The notes beneath the pieces are model-generated. The model was not told the DNA's origin and ran no database searches. It was given only the letters and a program-made list of their open reading frames with translations. From Azolla caroliniana (Eukaryota; Plantae; Polypodiophyta): 64,000 nucleotides of DNA. The stretch covers positions 113,935-177,934 of the forward strand of contig JBHGNT010000052.1 in assembly GCA_043228905.1 (NCBI GenBank), written 5' to 3'. Below are positions 24,001 through 39,000 of this stretch, in pieces. Position numbers and translations under genes: made by a program. The stretch's first letter is position 1. Every line of letters starts with the position of its first letter.

Positions 24001-27000
24001 TCAAGTCGAGAGACATGACTAAATTACCAAATTTGAGGAGTGAGTTGAGAAGAGCTAGTCGGTAAATTAAAATGTTCATACCTGGCAAGTGTGATATTGG
24101 ATTTTTGTGTTCAAACATGTGAATCGAAGTTAACAACGCTAGCTATTATATGGAATTAAAAAATCAATATTCAGAAACTAAGGTTGAGAGACATGACGAA
24201 ATTAGCAACATTGACGAGGGAGTTGAGAGGAGCGCTTGAGTAAATTAAAATGTTCATACCTGGCGTCTCTGATATCGGATTTTTGTGTTCAAACATACGA
24301 ATCGAATCTAATAACGCTAGCTATTATATGAATTTAAAACTCAAGATTTTAAAACTCAGGTCGAGAGACATGACGAAATTAGCAAATCTGAGGAGTGAGT
24401 TGAGAAGAGCTAGTAGGTATATTAAAATGTTTATACCTGGCTCGTGTGATGTCGGATTTTTGTGTTCAAACATTGGAATCGAAGCTAACAACGCTAGCTA
24501 TGATATGGAATTAAAAAACCAAGATTCCGAAACTCAGGACGAGAGACATGACGACATTAGCATATTTGAGGAGGGAGTGGAGAAGAGCTGTTGAGTAAAT
24601 TAAACTGTTCATATCTGGGTCGTGTGATATCGGATTTCTGTGTTCAAAGATGCGAATCGAAGCTAACAACGCTAGCTTTGATATGAAATGAAAAAAATAG
24701 GATTTTGAAACTCACGTGAGAGACATGACGAAATTAGCAAATTTGAGGAGGGAGTGCAGAAGAGCTCGTCAGTAAATTAAAATGTTCATACCTGGGTCGT
24801 GTGATATTGGATTTCTATGTTCAAACATGCGAATCGAAGCCAACAACGCTAGCTTTGATATGGAATTAAGAAACCAAGATTTTGAAACTCAGGTCAAGAG
24901 ACATGACGATATTAGCAAATTTGAGGAGGGAGTGGAGAAGAGCTCTTGAGTAAATTAAAATGTTCATACCTGGCTCGTGTGATATCGGATTTTTGCGTTC
25001 AAACGTACGAATCAAAGCTAACAACGCTAGCTATTATATGGAACTAATAAATCAAGATTTTGAAACTCAGGTCGAGAGACATGACTAAATTACCAAATTT
25101 GAGGAGTGAGTTGAGAACAGCTAGTCGGTAAATTAAAATGTTCATACCTGGCAAGTGTGATATCGGATTTTTGTGTTCAAACATGCGAATCGAAGTTAAC
25201 AACGCTAGCTATGATATGGAATTAAAAACTCAAGATTTTGAAATACAGGTCGAGAGACATGACGAAATTAGCAAATTTGAGGAGTGAGTTCAGAAGAGCT
25301 AGTAGGTAAATTAAAATGTTCATACCTGGTTCGTGTGATATCGGATTTCTGTGTTCAAACATGCGAATCGAAGTTAACAACGCAACCTATGATATGGAAT
25401 TAAGAAATTAAGATTTTGAAACTCAGGTCGAGAGACATGTCGAAATTAGCAACCTTGACGAGGGAGTTGAAAAGAGCCCTTGAGTAAATTAAAATGTTCA
25501 TACCTGGCTCGTGTGATATCCGATTTTTGTGTTCAAACAATGGAATCGAAGCTAACAACGGTAGCTATGATGTGGAATTAAAAAAATCACGATGTTGAAA
25601 CTCAGGTCGAGAGACATGACTAAATTACCAAATTTGAGGAGTGAGTTGAGAAGAGCTAGTCGGTAAATTAAAATGTTCATACCTGGCAAGTGTGATATCG
25701 GATTTTTGTGTTCAAACATTCGAATCGAAGTTAACAACGCCAGCTATTATATGGAATTAAAAACTCAAGATTTTAAAACTCAGGTCGAGAGACATGACGA
25801 AATTAGCAAATCTGAGGAGTGAGTTAAGAAGAGCTAGTAGGTATATTAAAATGTTTATACCTGGCTCGTGTGATGTCGGATTTTTGTGTTCAAACATGCG
25901 AATCGAAGCTAACAACGCTAGCTATGATATGGAATTAAAAAACCAAGATTCTGAAACTCAGGACGAGAGACATGACGACATTAGCATATTTGAGGAGGGA
26001 GTGGAGAAGAGCTGTTGAGTAAATTAAACTGTTCATATCTGGGTCGTGTGATATCGGATTTCTATGTTCAAACATGCGAATCGAAGCCAACAACGCTAGC
26101 TTTGATATGGAATTAAGAAACCAAGATTTTGAAACTCAGGTCAAGAGACATGACGATATTAGCAAATTTGAGGAGGGAGTGGAGAAGAGCTCTTGAGTAA
26201 ATTAAAATGTTCATACCTGGCTCGTGTGATATCGGATTTTTGCGTTCAAACATACGAATCGAAGCTAACAACGCTAGCTATTATATGGAACTAATAAATC
26301 TAGATTTTGAAACTCAGGTCGAGAGATATGAAGAAACTAGCAAACTTGAGGTGAGAGTAGAGAGATATGACGAAATTATTAACTTTGACGAGGGAGTTGA
26401 GAGGAGCCCTTGAGTAAATTAAAATGTTCATACCTGGCTCGTGTGATATCAGATTTTTGTGTTCAAACATGCGAATCGAAGCTAACAACGCTAGCTATGA
26501 TATGGAATTAAAAACTCAAGATTTTGAAACTCAGGTGGAGAGACATGACGAAACTAGCAAATTTGAGGAGGGAGTTGAGAAGAGCTAGTAGGTAAATTAA
26601 AATGTTCATACCTGGGTCGTGTGATATTGGATTTCTTTGTTCAAACATGCGAATCGAAGCTAAGAACACTAGCTTTGATATGGAATTAAAAAACCAAGAT
26701 TCTGAAACTCAGGACGAGAGACATGACGACATTAGGAAATTTGAGGAGGGAGTGGAGAAGACCTCTTGAGTAAATTAAAATGTTCATACCTGGCTCATGT
26801 GATATCGGATTTTTGTGTTCAAACCTGCGAATCGAAGCTAACAATGCTAGCTATTATATGGAACTAATAAATCAAGATTTTGAAACTCCAGTAGAGAGAT
26901 ATGAGCAAATTTGAGGAGGGAGTGGAGAAGAGCTCTTGAGTAAATTAAAATGTTCATACCTGGCTCGTGTGATATCGGATTTTTGTGTTCAAACATGCGA

Positions 27001-30000
27001 ATCGAAGCTAACAACGCTAGCTATTATATGGAACTAATAAATCAAGATTTTGAAACTCAGGTCGAGAGATATGAAGAAACTAGCAAACTTGAGGTGGGAG
27101 TCGAGAGATATGACGAAATTATTAACTTTGACGAGGGAGTTGAGAGGAGCCCTTGAGTAAATTAAAATGTTGATACCTGGCTCGTGTGATATCAGATTTT
27201 TGTGTTCAAACATGCGAATCGAAGCTAACAACGCTAGCTATGATATGGAATTAAAAACTCAAGATTTTGAAACTCAGGTGGAGAGACATGACGAAATTAG
27301 CAAATTTGAGGAGGGAGTTGAGAAGAGCTAGTAGGTAAATTAAAATGTTCATACCTGGGTCGTGTGATATTGGATTTCTATGTTCAAACATGCGAATCGA
27401 AGCCAACAACGCTAGCTTTGATATGGAATTAAAAAAGCAAGATTCTGAAACTCAGGACGAGAGACATGACGACATTAGCATATTTGAGGAGGGAGTGGAG
27501 AAGAGCTCTTGAGTAAATTAAAATGTTCATACCTGGGTCGTGTGATATCGGATTTCTGTGTTCAAAGATGCGAATCGAAGCTAACAACGCTAGCTATGAT
27601 ATGGAATTAAAAAATCTAGATTTTGAAACTCAGGTCAAAAGACATGACGAAAATAGCAAACTTGAGGAGGGAGTTCAGAGGAGCCCTTGAGGAAATTGAA
27701 ATGTTCATACCTGGCTCGAGAGACATGACGAAACATGCGAATCGTAGCTAACAATGCTAGCTATAATATGGAATTAAAAAATCAAGATTCTGAAAGTAAG
27801 TTCGAGAGACATGACGAAATTAGCAACCTTGCGAGTGAGTTGAGAAGAGCTAGTAGGTAAATTAAAACATGCGAATCGGATTTCTGGGTTCAAACATGCG
27901 AATCGAAGCTAACAGCGCTAGCTATTATATGGAATTAAAAACTCAAGATTTTGAAAGTCAGGTCGAGAGACATGAAGAAAATAGCAACCTTGACGAGGGA
28001 GTTGAGAAGAGCTAGTAGGTAAATTAAAATGTTCATACCTTGACAAGGGAGTTGAGAAGAGCCCTTGAGTAAATTAAAATGTTCATACATGAGTCGTGTG
28101 ATATCGGATTTCTGTGTTCAAACATGCGAATCGAAGCTAACAACGCTAGCTTTGATATGGAATTAAAAAACCAAGATTTGAAAACTCAGCTCGAGAGACA
28201 TAACAACATTAGCATATTTGAGGAGGGAGTGGAGAAGAGCTCTTGAGTAAATTAAAATGTTCATACCTGGCTCGTGTGATATCGGATTTCTGTGTTCAAA
28301 CATGCGACTCGAAGCTAACAACGCTAGCTATGATATGGAATTAAAAATCCAAGTTTTTGAAACTCAAGTCGAAAGACATGACGAAATTAGCAAATTTGAG
28401 GAGGGAGTGCAGAACAGCTCGTGAGTAAATTAACATGTTCATACCTGGCTCGTGTGATATCGGATTTTTGTGTTCAAACATGGGAATCGAAGCAAACCAC
28501 ACTAGCTATGATATGGAATTAAAAAATCAAGATTTTGAAACTCAGGTCGAGAGACATGACGAAATTCACAACCTTGACGAGGGAGTTGAGAAGAGCTAGT
28601 AGGTAAATTAAAATGTTCATACCTGGCACGTGTGATATCGGATTTTTGTGTTCAAACATGCGAATCGAAGTTAACAACGCTAGCTATGATACAGAATTCA
28701 AAAATCAAGATTTTAAAACTCAGGTCGAGAGACATGACGAAATTAGCACCCTTGACAAGCGAGTTGAGAAGAGCTAGTAGGTAAATTAAAATGTTCATAC
28801 CTGGGTCGTGTGATATCGGATTTCTGTGTTCAAACATGTGAATCGAAGCTAACAACGTTAGCTTTGATATGGAATTAAAAAACCAAGATTCCAAAACTCA
28901 GGACGAGAGACATGAGGAGATTAGCATATTTGAGGAGGGAGTGGAGAAGAGCTCTTGAGTAAATTAAAATGTTCATACCTCGGTCGTGTGATATCGGATT
29001 TCTGTGTTCGAAGATGCGAATCGAAGATAACAACGCTAGCTTTGATATGGAATTCAAACATCAAGATTTTGAAACTGAAGTCGAGAGACATGATGAAATT
29101 AGCAAATTTGAGGAGGGAGTGCAGAAAAGCTCGTCAGTAAATTAAAATGTTCATACCTGGGTCGTGTGATATTGGATTTCTATGTTCAAACATGCGAATC
29201 GAAGCCAACAACGCTAGCTTAGATATGGAATTAAAAAACCAAGATTTTGAAACTCAAGTTGAGAGACATGACGATATTAGCAAATTTGAGGAGGGAGTGG
29301 AGAAGAGCTGTTCAGTAAATTAAAATGTTCATACCTGGCTCGTGTGATATCGGATTTTTGTATTCAAACATGCGAATCGAAGCTAACAACGCTAGCTATT
29401 ATATGGAACTAATAAATCAAGATTTTGAAACTCAGGTCGAGAGATATGAAGAAATTAGCAAACCTGAGTTGGGAGTCGAGAGACATGACGAAATTATTAA
29501 CCTTGACGAGGGAGTTGAGAGGAGCCCTTAAGTAAATTAAAATGTTCATACCTGGCTCGTGTGATATCGGATGTTTGTGTTCAAACATGCGAATCGAAGC
29601 CAGCAACGTTACCTAGAATATGGAATTAAAAACTAAAGATTTTGAAACTCAGGTCGGGAGACATGACGAAATTAGCAAATTTGAGGAGTGAGTTGAGAAG
29701 AGCTAGTAGGTAAATTAAAATGTTTATACCTGGCTCGTGTGATATCGGATTTTTGTGTTCAAACATGCGAATCGAAGCTAACAACGCTAGCTATGATATG
29801 AAATTAAAAACTCAAGAATTGGACACTCAGATAGAGAGACATGACGAAATTAGCAAATTTGAGGAGTGAGTTGAGAAGAGTTAGTAGGTAAATTAAAATG
29901 TTCGTACCTGGCTCGTCTGATATCGGATTTTTGTGTTCAAATATGCGAGTCGAAGCTAACAACGGTAGCTATGAAATGGAATTAAAAAATTAAGATGTTG

Positions 30001-33000
30001 AAACTCAGGTCGAGAGACATGACTAAATTACCAAATTTGAGGAGTGAGTTGAGAAGAGCTAGTCGGTAAATTAAAATGTTCATACCTGGCAAGTGTGATA
30101 TCGGATTTTTGTGTTCAAACATGCGAATCGAAGCTAACAACGCTAGCTATGATATGGAATTAAGAACCCAAGATTTTGAGTTGGGAGTCGAGAGACATGA
30201 CGAAATTAGCAACCTTGACGAGGGAGGTGAGAAGAGCTAGTAGGTAAATTAAAATGTTCATACCTGGCTCGTGTGCTATTGGATTTTTGTGTTCAAATAT
30301 GTGAATCGAAGCTAACAACGTTAGCTATGAAATGGAATTAAAAAATTAAAATTTTGAAACTCAGGTCGAGAGACATGACGAAATTAACAACCTTGACGAG
30401 GGAGTTGAAAGGAGCCCTTCAGTAAATTAAAATGTTCATACCGGGGCTCGTGTGATATCGGATTTTTGTGTTCAAACATGCAAAACGAAGCTAACAACGC
30501 TAGCTATGATACGGAATTTAAAAATCAGGATTTTGAAACTCAAGTCGAGAGACATGACGAAATTAGCAACCTTGACGAGGGAGTTGAATGGAGCTAGTTG
30601 GTAAATTAAAATGTTCATACCTGGCTCGTGTGATATCGGATTTTTGTATTCAAATATCCGAATCGAAGCTAACAACGCTAGCTATGAAATATAATTAAAA
30701 ACTCAAGATGTTGAAACTCATGTAGAGAGACATGACGAAATTAGCAAATCTGAGGAGTGAGTTGAGAAGAGCTAGTAGGTATTTTAAAATGTTCATACCT
30801 GGTTCGTGTGATATCGGATTTCTGTGTTAAAACATGCGAATCGAAGCTAACAACCCTAGCTATGATATGGAATTAAAAAAATCAAGATGTTGAAACTCAG
30901 GTCGAGAGACATGACTAAATTACCAAATTTGAGGAGTGAGTTGAGAAGAGCTAGTCAGTAAATTAAAATGTTCATACCTGGCAAGTGTGATATCGGATTT
31001 TTGTGTTTAAACATGCGAATCAAAGTTAACAACGCTAGCTATGATATGGAATTAAAAAATCAAGATTCGGAAACTAAGGTCGAGAGACATGACGAAATTA
31101 GCAACCTTGACGAGGGAGTTGAGAGGATCCCTTGAGTAAATTAAAATGTTCATACCTGGCATGTGTGATATCGGATTTTTGTGTTCAAACATACGAATCG
31201 AAGCTAATAACGCTAGCTATTATATGGAATTAAAAACTCAAGATTTTAAAACTCACGTCGAGAGACATGACGAAATTAGCAAATCTGAGGAGTGAGTTGA
31301 GAAGAGTTAGTAGGTATTTTAAAATGTTCATACCTGGTTCGTGTGATATCGGATTTCTGTGTTCAAACATGCGAATCAAAGCTAACAACGCTAGCTATGA
31401 CATGGAATTAAAAAATCAAGATTCTGAAACTAAGGTCGAGAGACATGACGAAATTAGCAACCTTGACGAGGGAGTTGAGAGGAGGCCTTGAGTAAATTAA
31501 AATGTTCATACCTGGCTCGTGTGATATCGGATTTTTGTGTACAAACATGCGAATCGAAGCTAACAACGCTAGCTATGATATGGAATTAAAAAATCAAGAT
31601 TCTGAAACTAAGGTCGAGAGACATGACGACATTAGCATATTTGAGGAGGGAGTTGAGAGGAGCCCTTGAGTAAATTAAAATGTTCATACCTGGCTCGTGT
31701 GATATCGGATTGTTGTGTACAAACATGCGAATCGAAGCTAACAACGCTAGCTATGATATGGAATTAAAAACTCAAGATTTTGAAACACAGGTCGAGAGAC
31801 ATGAAGAAATTCGCAAATTTGAGGAGTGAGTTGAGAAGAGCTAGTAGGTAAATTAAAATATTCATACCTGGCTTGTGTGATATCGGATTTTTGTGTTCAA
31901 ACATGCGAATCGAAGCTAATAACGCTAGCTATTATATCGAACTAATAAATCACGAATTTGAAACTCAGGTCGAGAGGTATGAAGAAATTAGCAAACCTGA
32001 GGAGGGAGTTAAGAAGAGCTAGTAGGTAAATTAAAATGTTCATACCTGGCTCGTGTGATGTCGGATTTTTGTGTTCAAACATGCGAATCGAAGCTAACAA
32101 CGCTACTATGATATGGAATTAAAAAACCAAGATTTTGAAACTCAGGACGAGAGACATGACGACATTAGCATATTTGAGGAGGGAGTGGAGAAGAGCTCTT
32201 GAGTAAATTAAAATGTTCATATCTGGGTCGTGTGATATCAGATTTCTGTGTTCAAAGATGCGAATCGAAGCTAACAACGCTAGCTTTGACATGAAATGAA
32301 AAAAGCAAGATTTTGAAACTCACGTCGAGAGACATGACGAAATTAGCAAATTTGAAGAGGGAGTGCAGAAGAGCTCGTCAGTAAATTAAAATGTTCATAC
32401 CTGGGTCGTGTGATATTGGATTTCTATGTTCAAACATGCGAATCGAAGCCAACAACGCTAGCTTTGATATGGAATTAAAAAACCAAGATTTTGAAACTCA
32501 GGTCGAGAGACATGACGATATCAGCAACTTTGACGAGGGAGTTGAGAGGAGCCCTTGAGTAAATTAAAATGTTCATACCTAGCTCGTGTGATATCAGATT
32601 TTTGTGTTCAAACATGCGAATCTAAGCTAACAACGCTAGCTATGATATGGAATTAAAAACTCAAGATTTTGAAATACAGGTCGAGAGACATGACGAAATT
32701 AGCAAATTTGAGGAGTCAGTTCAGAAGAGCTAGTAGGTAAATTAAAATGTTCATACCTGGTTCGTGTGATATCGGATTTCTGTGTTCAAACATGCGAATC
32801 GAAGCTAACAACGCAACCTATGATATGGAATTAAGAAAGTAAGATTTTGAAACTCAGGTCGAGAGGCATGTCGAAAGTAGCAACCTTGACGAGGGAGTTG
32901 AAAAGAGCCCTTGAGTAAATTAAAATGTTCATACCTGGCTCGTGTGATATCCGATTTTTGTGTTCAAACAATGGAATCGAAGCTAACAACAGTAGCTATG

Positions 33001-36000
33001 ATGTGGAATTAAAAAAATCAAGATGTTGAAACTCAGGTCGAGAGACATGACTAAATTACCAAATTTGAGGAGTGAGTTGAGAAGAACTAGTCGGTAAATT
33101 AAAATGTTCATACCTGGCAAGTGTGATATCGGATTTTTGTGTTCAAACATTGGAATCGAAGTTAACAACGCTAGCTATGATATGGAATTAAAAAATCAAG
33201 ATTCTGAAACTAAGGTCGAGAGAAATGACGAAATTAGCAACCTTGACGAGGGAGTTGAGAGGAGCCCTTGACTAAATTAAAATGTTCATACCTCGCTCGT
33301 GTGATATCGGATTTTTGTGTACAAACATGCGAACCGAAGCTAACAACGCTAGCTATGATATGGAATTAAAAAATCAAGATTCTGAAACTAAGGTCGAGAG
33401 ACATGACGAAATTAGCAACCTTGACGAGGGAGTTGAGAAGAGCCCTTGAGTAAATTAAAATGTTCATACCTGGTTCGTGTGATATCGGATTTTTGTGTAC
33501 AAACATGCGAATCGAAGCTAACAACGCTAGCTATGATATGGAATTAAAAACTCAAGATTTTGAAACACAGGTCGAGAGACATGAAGAAATTAGCAAATTT
33601 GAGGAGTGAGTTGAGAAGAGCTAGTAGGTAAATTAAAATGTTCATACCTGGCTCGTGTGATATCGGATTTTTGTGTTCAAACATGCGAATCGAAGCTAAT
33701 AACGCTAGCTATTATATCCAACTAATAAATCAAGATTTAGAAACTCATGTCGAGAGGTATGAAGAAATTAGCAAACCTGAGGAGGGAGTTGAGAAGAGCT
33801 AGTAGGTAAATTAAAATGTTCATACCTGGGTCGTGTGATATTGGATTTCTTTGTTCAAACATGCGAATCGAAGCTAACAACACTAGCTTTGATATGGAAT
33901 TAAAAAACCAAGATTCTGAAACTCAGGACGAGAGACATGACGACATTAGCAAATTTGAGGAGGGAGTGGAGAAGAGCTCTTGAGTAAATTAAAATGTTCA
34001 TACCTGGCTCATGTGATTAAAAAAGCTAACAACGCTAGCTTTGATATGAAATTAAAAAAGCTAACAACGCTAGCTTTGGAAACTCACGTCGAGAGACATG
34101 ACGAAATTAGCAAATTTGAGGAGGGAGTGCAAAAGAGCTCGTCAGTAAATTAAAATGTTCATACCTGGGTCGTGTGATATTGGATTTCTATGTTCAAACA
34201 TGCGAATCGAAGCCAACAACACTAGCTTTGATATGGATTTAAAAAACCAAGATTTTGAAACTCAGGTCGAGAGACATGACGATATTAGCAAATTTGAGGA
34301 GGGAGTGGAGGAGAGCTGTTGAGTAAATTAAAATGTTCATACCTGGCTCGTGTGATATCGGATTTTTGTGTTCAAACATGCGAATCGAAGCTAATAACGC
34401 TAGCTATTATATGGAACTAATAAATGAAGATTCTGAAACTAAGGTCGAGAGACATGACGAAATTAGCAACCTTTATGAGGGAGTTGAGAGGAGCCCTTGA
34501 GTAAATTAAAATGTTCATACCTGGCTTGTGTGATATCGGAGTTTAGTGTTCAAACATGCGAATCGAAGCTAATAACGCTAGCTATTATATGGAATTAAAA
34601 AATCAATATTTTGAAACTCAGGTCGAGGGATATGAAGAAATTAGCAAACCTGAGGAGGGAGTTGAGAGGAGCCCTTGAGTAAATTAAAATTTTCCTACCT
34701 GGCTCGTGTGATATCGAATTTTTGTGTTCAAACATGCGAATCGAAGCTAACAACGTTAGCTATGATATGGAATTAAAAACTCAAGATTTTGAGACTCAGG
34801 TCGAGAGACATGAAGAAGTTAGCAAATTTGAGGAGTGAGTTTAGAAGAGCTAGTAGGTAAATTCAAATGTTCATACCTGGTTCGTGTGATATCGGATTTT
34901 TGTGTTCAAACATGCGAATCGAAGCTAAGAACGCTAGCTATGATATGGAATTAAAAAATCAAGATTCTGAAATTAAGGTCGAGAGACATGACGAAATTAG
35001 CAACCTTGACGAGGGAGTTGAGAAGAGCTAGTAGGTAAATTAAAATGTTCATACCTGGGTCGTGTGATATCGGATTTCTGTGTTCAAACATGCGAATCGG
35101 AGCTAACAAGGCTAGCTTTGATATGGAATTAAAAAACCAAGATTCTGAAACTCAGGACGAGAGACATGACGACATTAGCATTTTTGAGGAGGGAGTGGAG
35201 AAGAGCTCTTGAGTAAATTAAAATGTTCATACCTGGGTCGTGTGATATCGGATTTCTGTGTTCAAAGATGCTAATCGAAGCTAACAACGCTAGCTTTGAT
35301 ATGAAATTAAAAATGCAAGATTTTGAAACTCACGTCGAGAGACATGACGAAATTAGCAAATTTGAGGAGGGAGTGCTAAAGAGCTCGTGAGTAAATTAAA
35401 ATGTTCATACCTGAGTCGTGTGATATTGGATTTCTATGTTCAAACATGCGAATCGAAGCCAACAACGCTAGCTTTGATATGGATTTAAAAAACCAAGATT
35501 TTGAAACTCAGGTCGAGAGACATGACGATATTAGCAAATTTGAGGAGGGAGTGGAGGAGAGCTCTTGAGTAAATTAAAATGTTCATACCTGGCTCGTGTG
35601 ATATCGGATTTTGTGTTCAAACATGCGAATCGAAGCTAACAACGTTAGCTATGATATGGAATTAAAAACTCAAGATTTTGAGACTCAGGTCGAGAGACAT
35701 GAAGAAGTTAGCAAATTTGAGGAGTGAGTTTAGAATAGCTAGTAGGTAAATTAAAATGTTCATACCTGGTTCGTGTGATATCGGATTTGTGTTTTCAAAC
35801 ATGCAAATTGAAGCTAAGAACGCTAGCTATGATATGGAATTAAAAAATCAAGATTCTGAAACTAAGGTCGAGAGACATGACGAAATTAGCAACCTTGACG
35901 AGGGAGTTGAGAAGAGCTAATAGGTAAATTAAAATGTTCATACCTGGGTCGTGTGATATTGGATTTCTTTGTTCAAACATGCGAATCGAAGCTAATAACG

Positions 36001-39000
36001 CTAGCTATGATATGGAATTAAAAAATCCAGATTCTGAAACTAAGATCGAGAGACATGACGACATTAGCATATTTGAGGAGGGAGTTGAGAGGAGCCCTTG
36101 AGTAAATTAAAATGTTCATACCTGGGTCGTGTGATATCGGATTTCTGTGTTCAAACATGGGAATCGGAGCTAACAACGCTAGCTTTGATATGGAATTAAA
36201 AAACCAAGATTCTGAAACTCAGGACGAGAGACATGACGACATTAGCATATTTGAGGAGGGAGTGGAGAAGAGCTCTTGAGTAAATTAAAATGTTCATACC
36301 TGGGTCGTGTGATATCGGATTTTTGTGCTCAAAGATGCTAATCGAAGCTAACAACGCTAGTTTTGATGTGAAATTAAAAAAGCAAGTTTTTGAAACTCAC
36401 GTCGAGAGACATGATGAAATTAGCAAATTTGAGGAGGGAGTGCAAAAGAGCTCGTGAGTAAATTAAAATGTTCATACCTGAGTCGTGTGATATTGGATTT
36501 CTATGTTCAAACATGCGAATCGAAGCCAACAACGCTAGCTTTGATATGGATTTAAAAAGCCAAGGTTTTGAAACTCAGGTCAAGACACATGACGATATTA
36601 GCAAATTTGAGGAGGGAGTGGAGGAGAGCTCTTGAGTAAATTAAAATGTTCATACCTGGCTCGTGTGATATCGGATTTTTGTATTCAAACATGCGAATCG
36701 AAGCTAATAACGCTAGCTATTATATGGAAATAATAAATCAAGATTCTGAAACTAAGGTCGAGAGACATGACGATATTAGCAACCTTGACGAGGGAGTTGA
36801 GAGGAGCCCTTGAGTAAATTAAAATGTTCATACCTGGCTCGTGTGATATCGGATTTTTGTGTACAAAATGCGAATCGAAGCTAACAACGCTAGCTATGAT
36901 ATGGAATTAAAAACTCAAGATTTTGAAACTCAGGTCGAGAGACATGACGAAATTAGCAAATTTGAGGAGTGAGTTGAGAAGAGCTAGTAGGTAAATTAAA
37001 ATGTTCATACCTGGTTTGTGTGATATCGGATTTCTGTGTTCAAACATGCGAATCGAAGCTAACAACGCTAGCTTTGATATGGAATTAAAAAACCAAGATT
37101 CCGAAACTCAGGACGAGAGAAATGACGACATTAGCATATTTGAGGAGGGAGTGGAGAAGAGCTCTTGAGTAAATTAAAATGTTCATACCTGGGTCGTGTG
37201 ATATCGGATTTCTGTGTTCAAAGATGCGAATCGAAGCTAACAATGCTAGCTTTGATTTGGAATTAAAAAAGCAAGTTTTGATACTCAAGTCGAGAGACAT
37301 GACGAAATTAGCAAATTTGAGGAGGGAGTGGAGAAGAGCTCTTGAGTAAATTAAAATGTTCATACCTGGCTCGTGTGATATCGGACATTTGTGTTCAAAC
37401 ATGCGAATAGAAGCTAACAACGGTAGCTACGAAATGGAATTAAAAAATCAAGATGTTGAAACTCAGGTCGAGAGATATGACTAAATTACCAAATTTGAGG
37501 AGTGAGTTGAGAAGAGCTAGTCGGTAAATTAAAATGTTCATACCTGGCAAGTGTGATATCGAATTTTTGTGTTCAAACATGCGAATCGAAGCTAACAACG
37601 CTAGCTACGATATGGAATTAAAAATTTAAGATTTTGAAACTCAGGTCGAGAGACGTGACGAAATTGGCAACCTTGACGAGGGAGTTGAAAGGAGCTAGTA
37701 GGTAAAGTAAAATGTTCATACCTGGCTCGTGTGATAACGGATTTTTGTGTTCAAACATGCGAATCGAAGCTAACAACGCTAGCTATGATATGGAATTAAA
37801 AACTCAAGATTTTGAAACTCAGGTCGAGAGACATGACGAAATTAGCAAACTTGAGGAGGGAGTTGAGAGGAGCGCTTCAAACATGCGAATCGAAGCTAAT
37901 AACGCTAGCTATTATATGGAACTAATAAATCAAGATTCTGAAGCTAAGGTCGAGAGACATGACGACATTAGCATTTTTAAGGAGGGAGTGGAGAAGAGCT
38001 CTTGAGTAAATTAAAATGTTCATACCTGGGTCGTGTGATATCGGATTTTTGTGTTCAAACATGCGAATCTAAGCTAATAACGGTAGCTAAAATATGGAAT
38101 TAAAAAATCAAGATTTTGAAACTCAGCTCGAGAGACATGAAGAAATTAGCAACCTTGACGAGGGAGTTCAGAGGAGCCCTCGAGTAAATTAAAATGTTCA
38201 TACCTGGCTCGTGTGATAACGGATTTTTGTGTTCAAACATGCGAATCGAAGCTAACAACGCTAGCTATGATATGGAATTAAAAACTCAAGATTTTGAAAC
38301 TCAGGTCGAGAGACATGACGAAATTACCAAATTTGAGGAGGGAGTTGAGAAGAGCTAGTAGGTAAATTAAAATGTTCATACCTGGCTCGTGTGACATTGG
38401 ATTTTAGTGTTCAAACATGCGAATCGAAGCTAATAACGGTAGCTATGATATGGAATTAAAAAATCAAGATTTCGAAACTCAGGTCGAGAGACATGACGAA
38501 ATTAGCAACCTTGACGAGGGAGTTCAGAGGAGCTAGTAGGTAAATTAAAATGTTCGTACCTGGCTCGTGTGATATCGGATGTTTGTGTTCAAACATTCGA
38601 GTCGAAGCTAACAACGCTAGCTATGATATGAAATTAAAAACTCAAGAACTGGAAACTCAGATGGAGAGACATGACCAAATTAGCAAATTTGAGGAGTGAG
38701 TTGAGAAGAGCTAGTAGGTAAATTAAAATGTTCGTACCTGCCTCGTGTGATATCGGATTTTTGTGTTCAAACATGCGACTCAAAGATAACAACGCGAGCT
38801 ATGATATGGAATTAAAAACCCAAGATTTTGAAACTCAGGTCGAGAGACATGACGAAATTAGCAACCTTGACGAGGGAGTTGAGAGGAGCTAGTAGGTAAA
38901 TTAAAATGTTCATACCTGGCTCGTGTAAGATCAGATTTTTGTGTTCAAACATGCGAATCGAAGCAAACAACGCTAGCTATGATATGGAATTAAAAAATCT

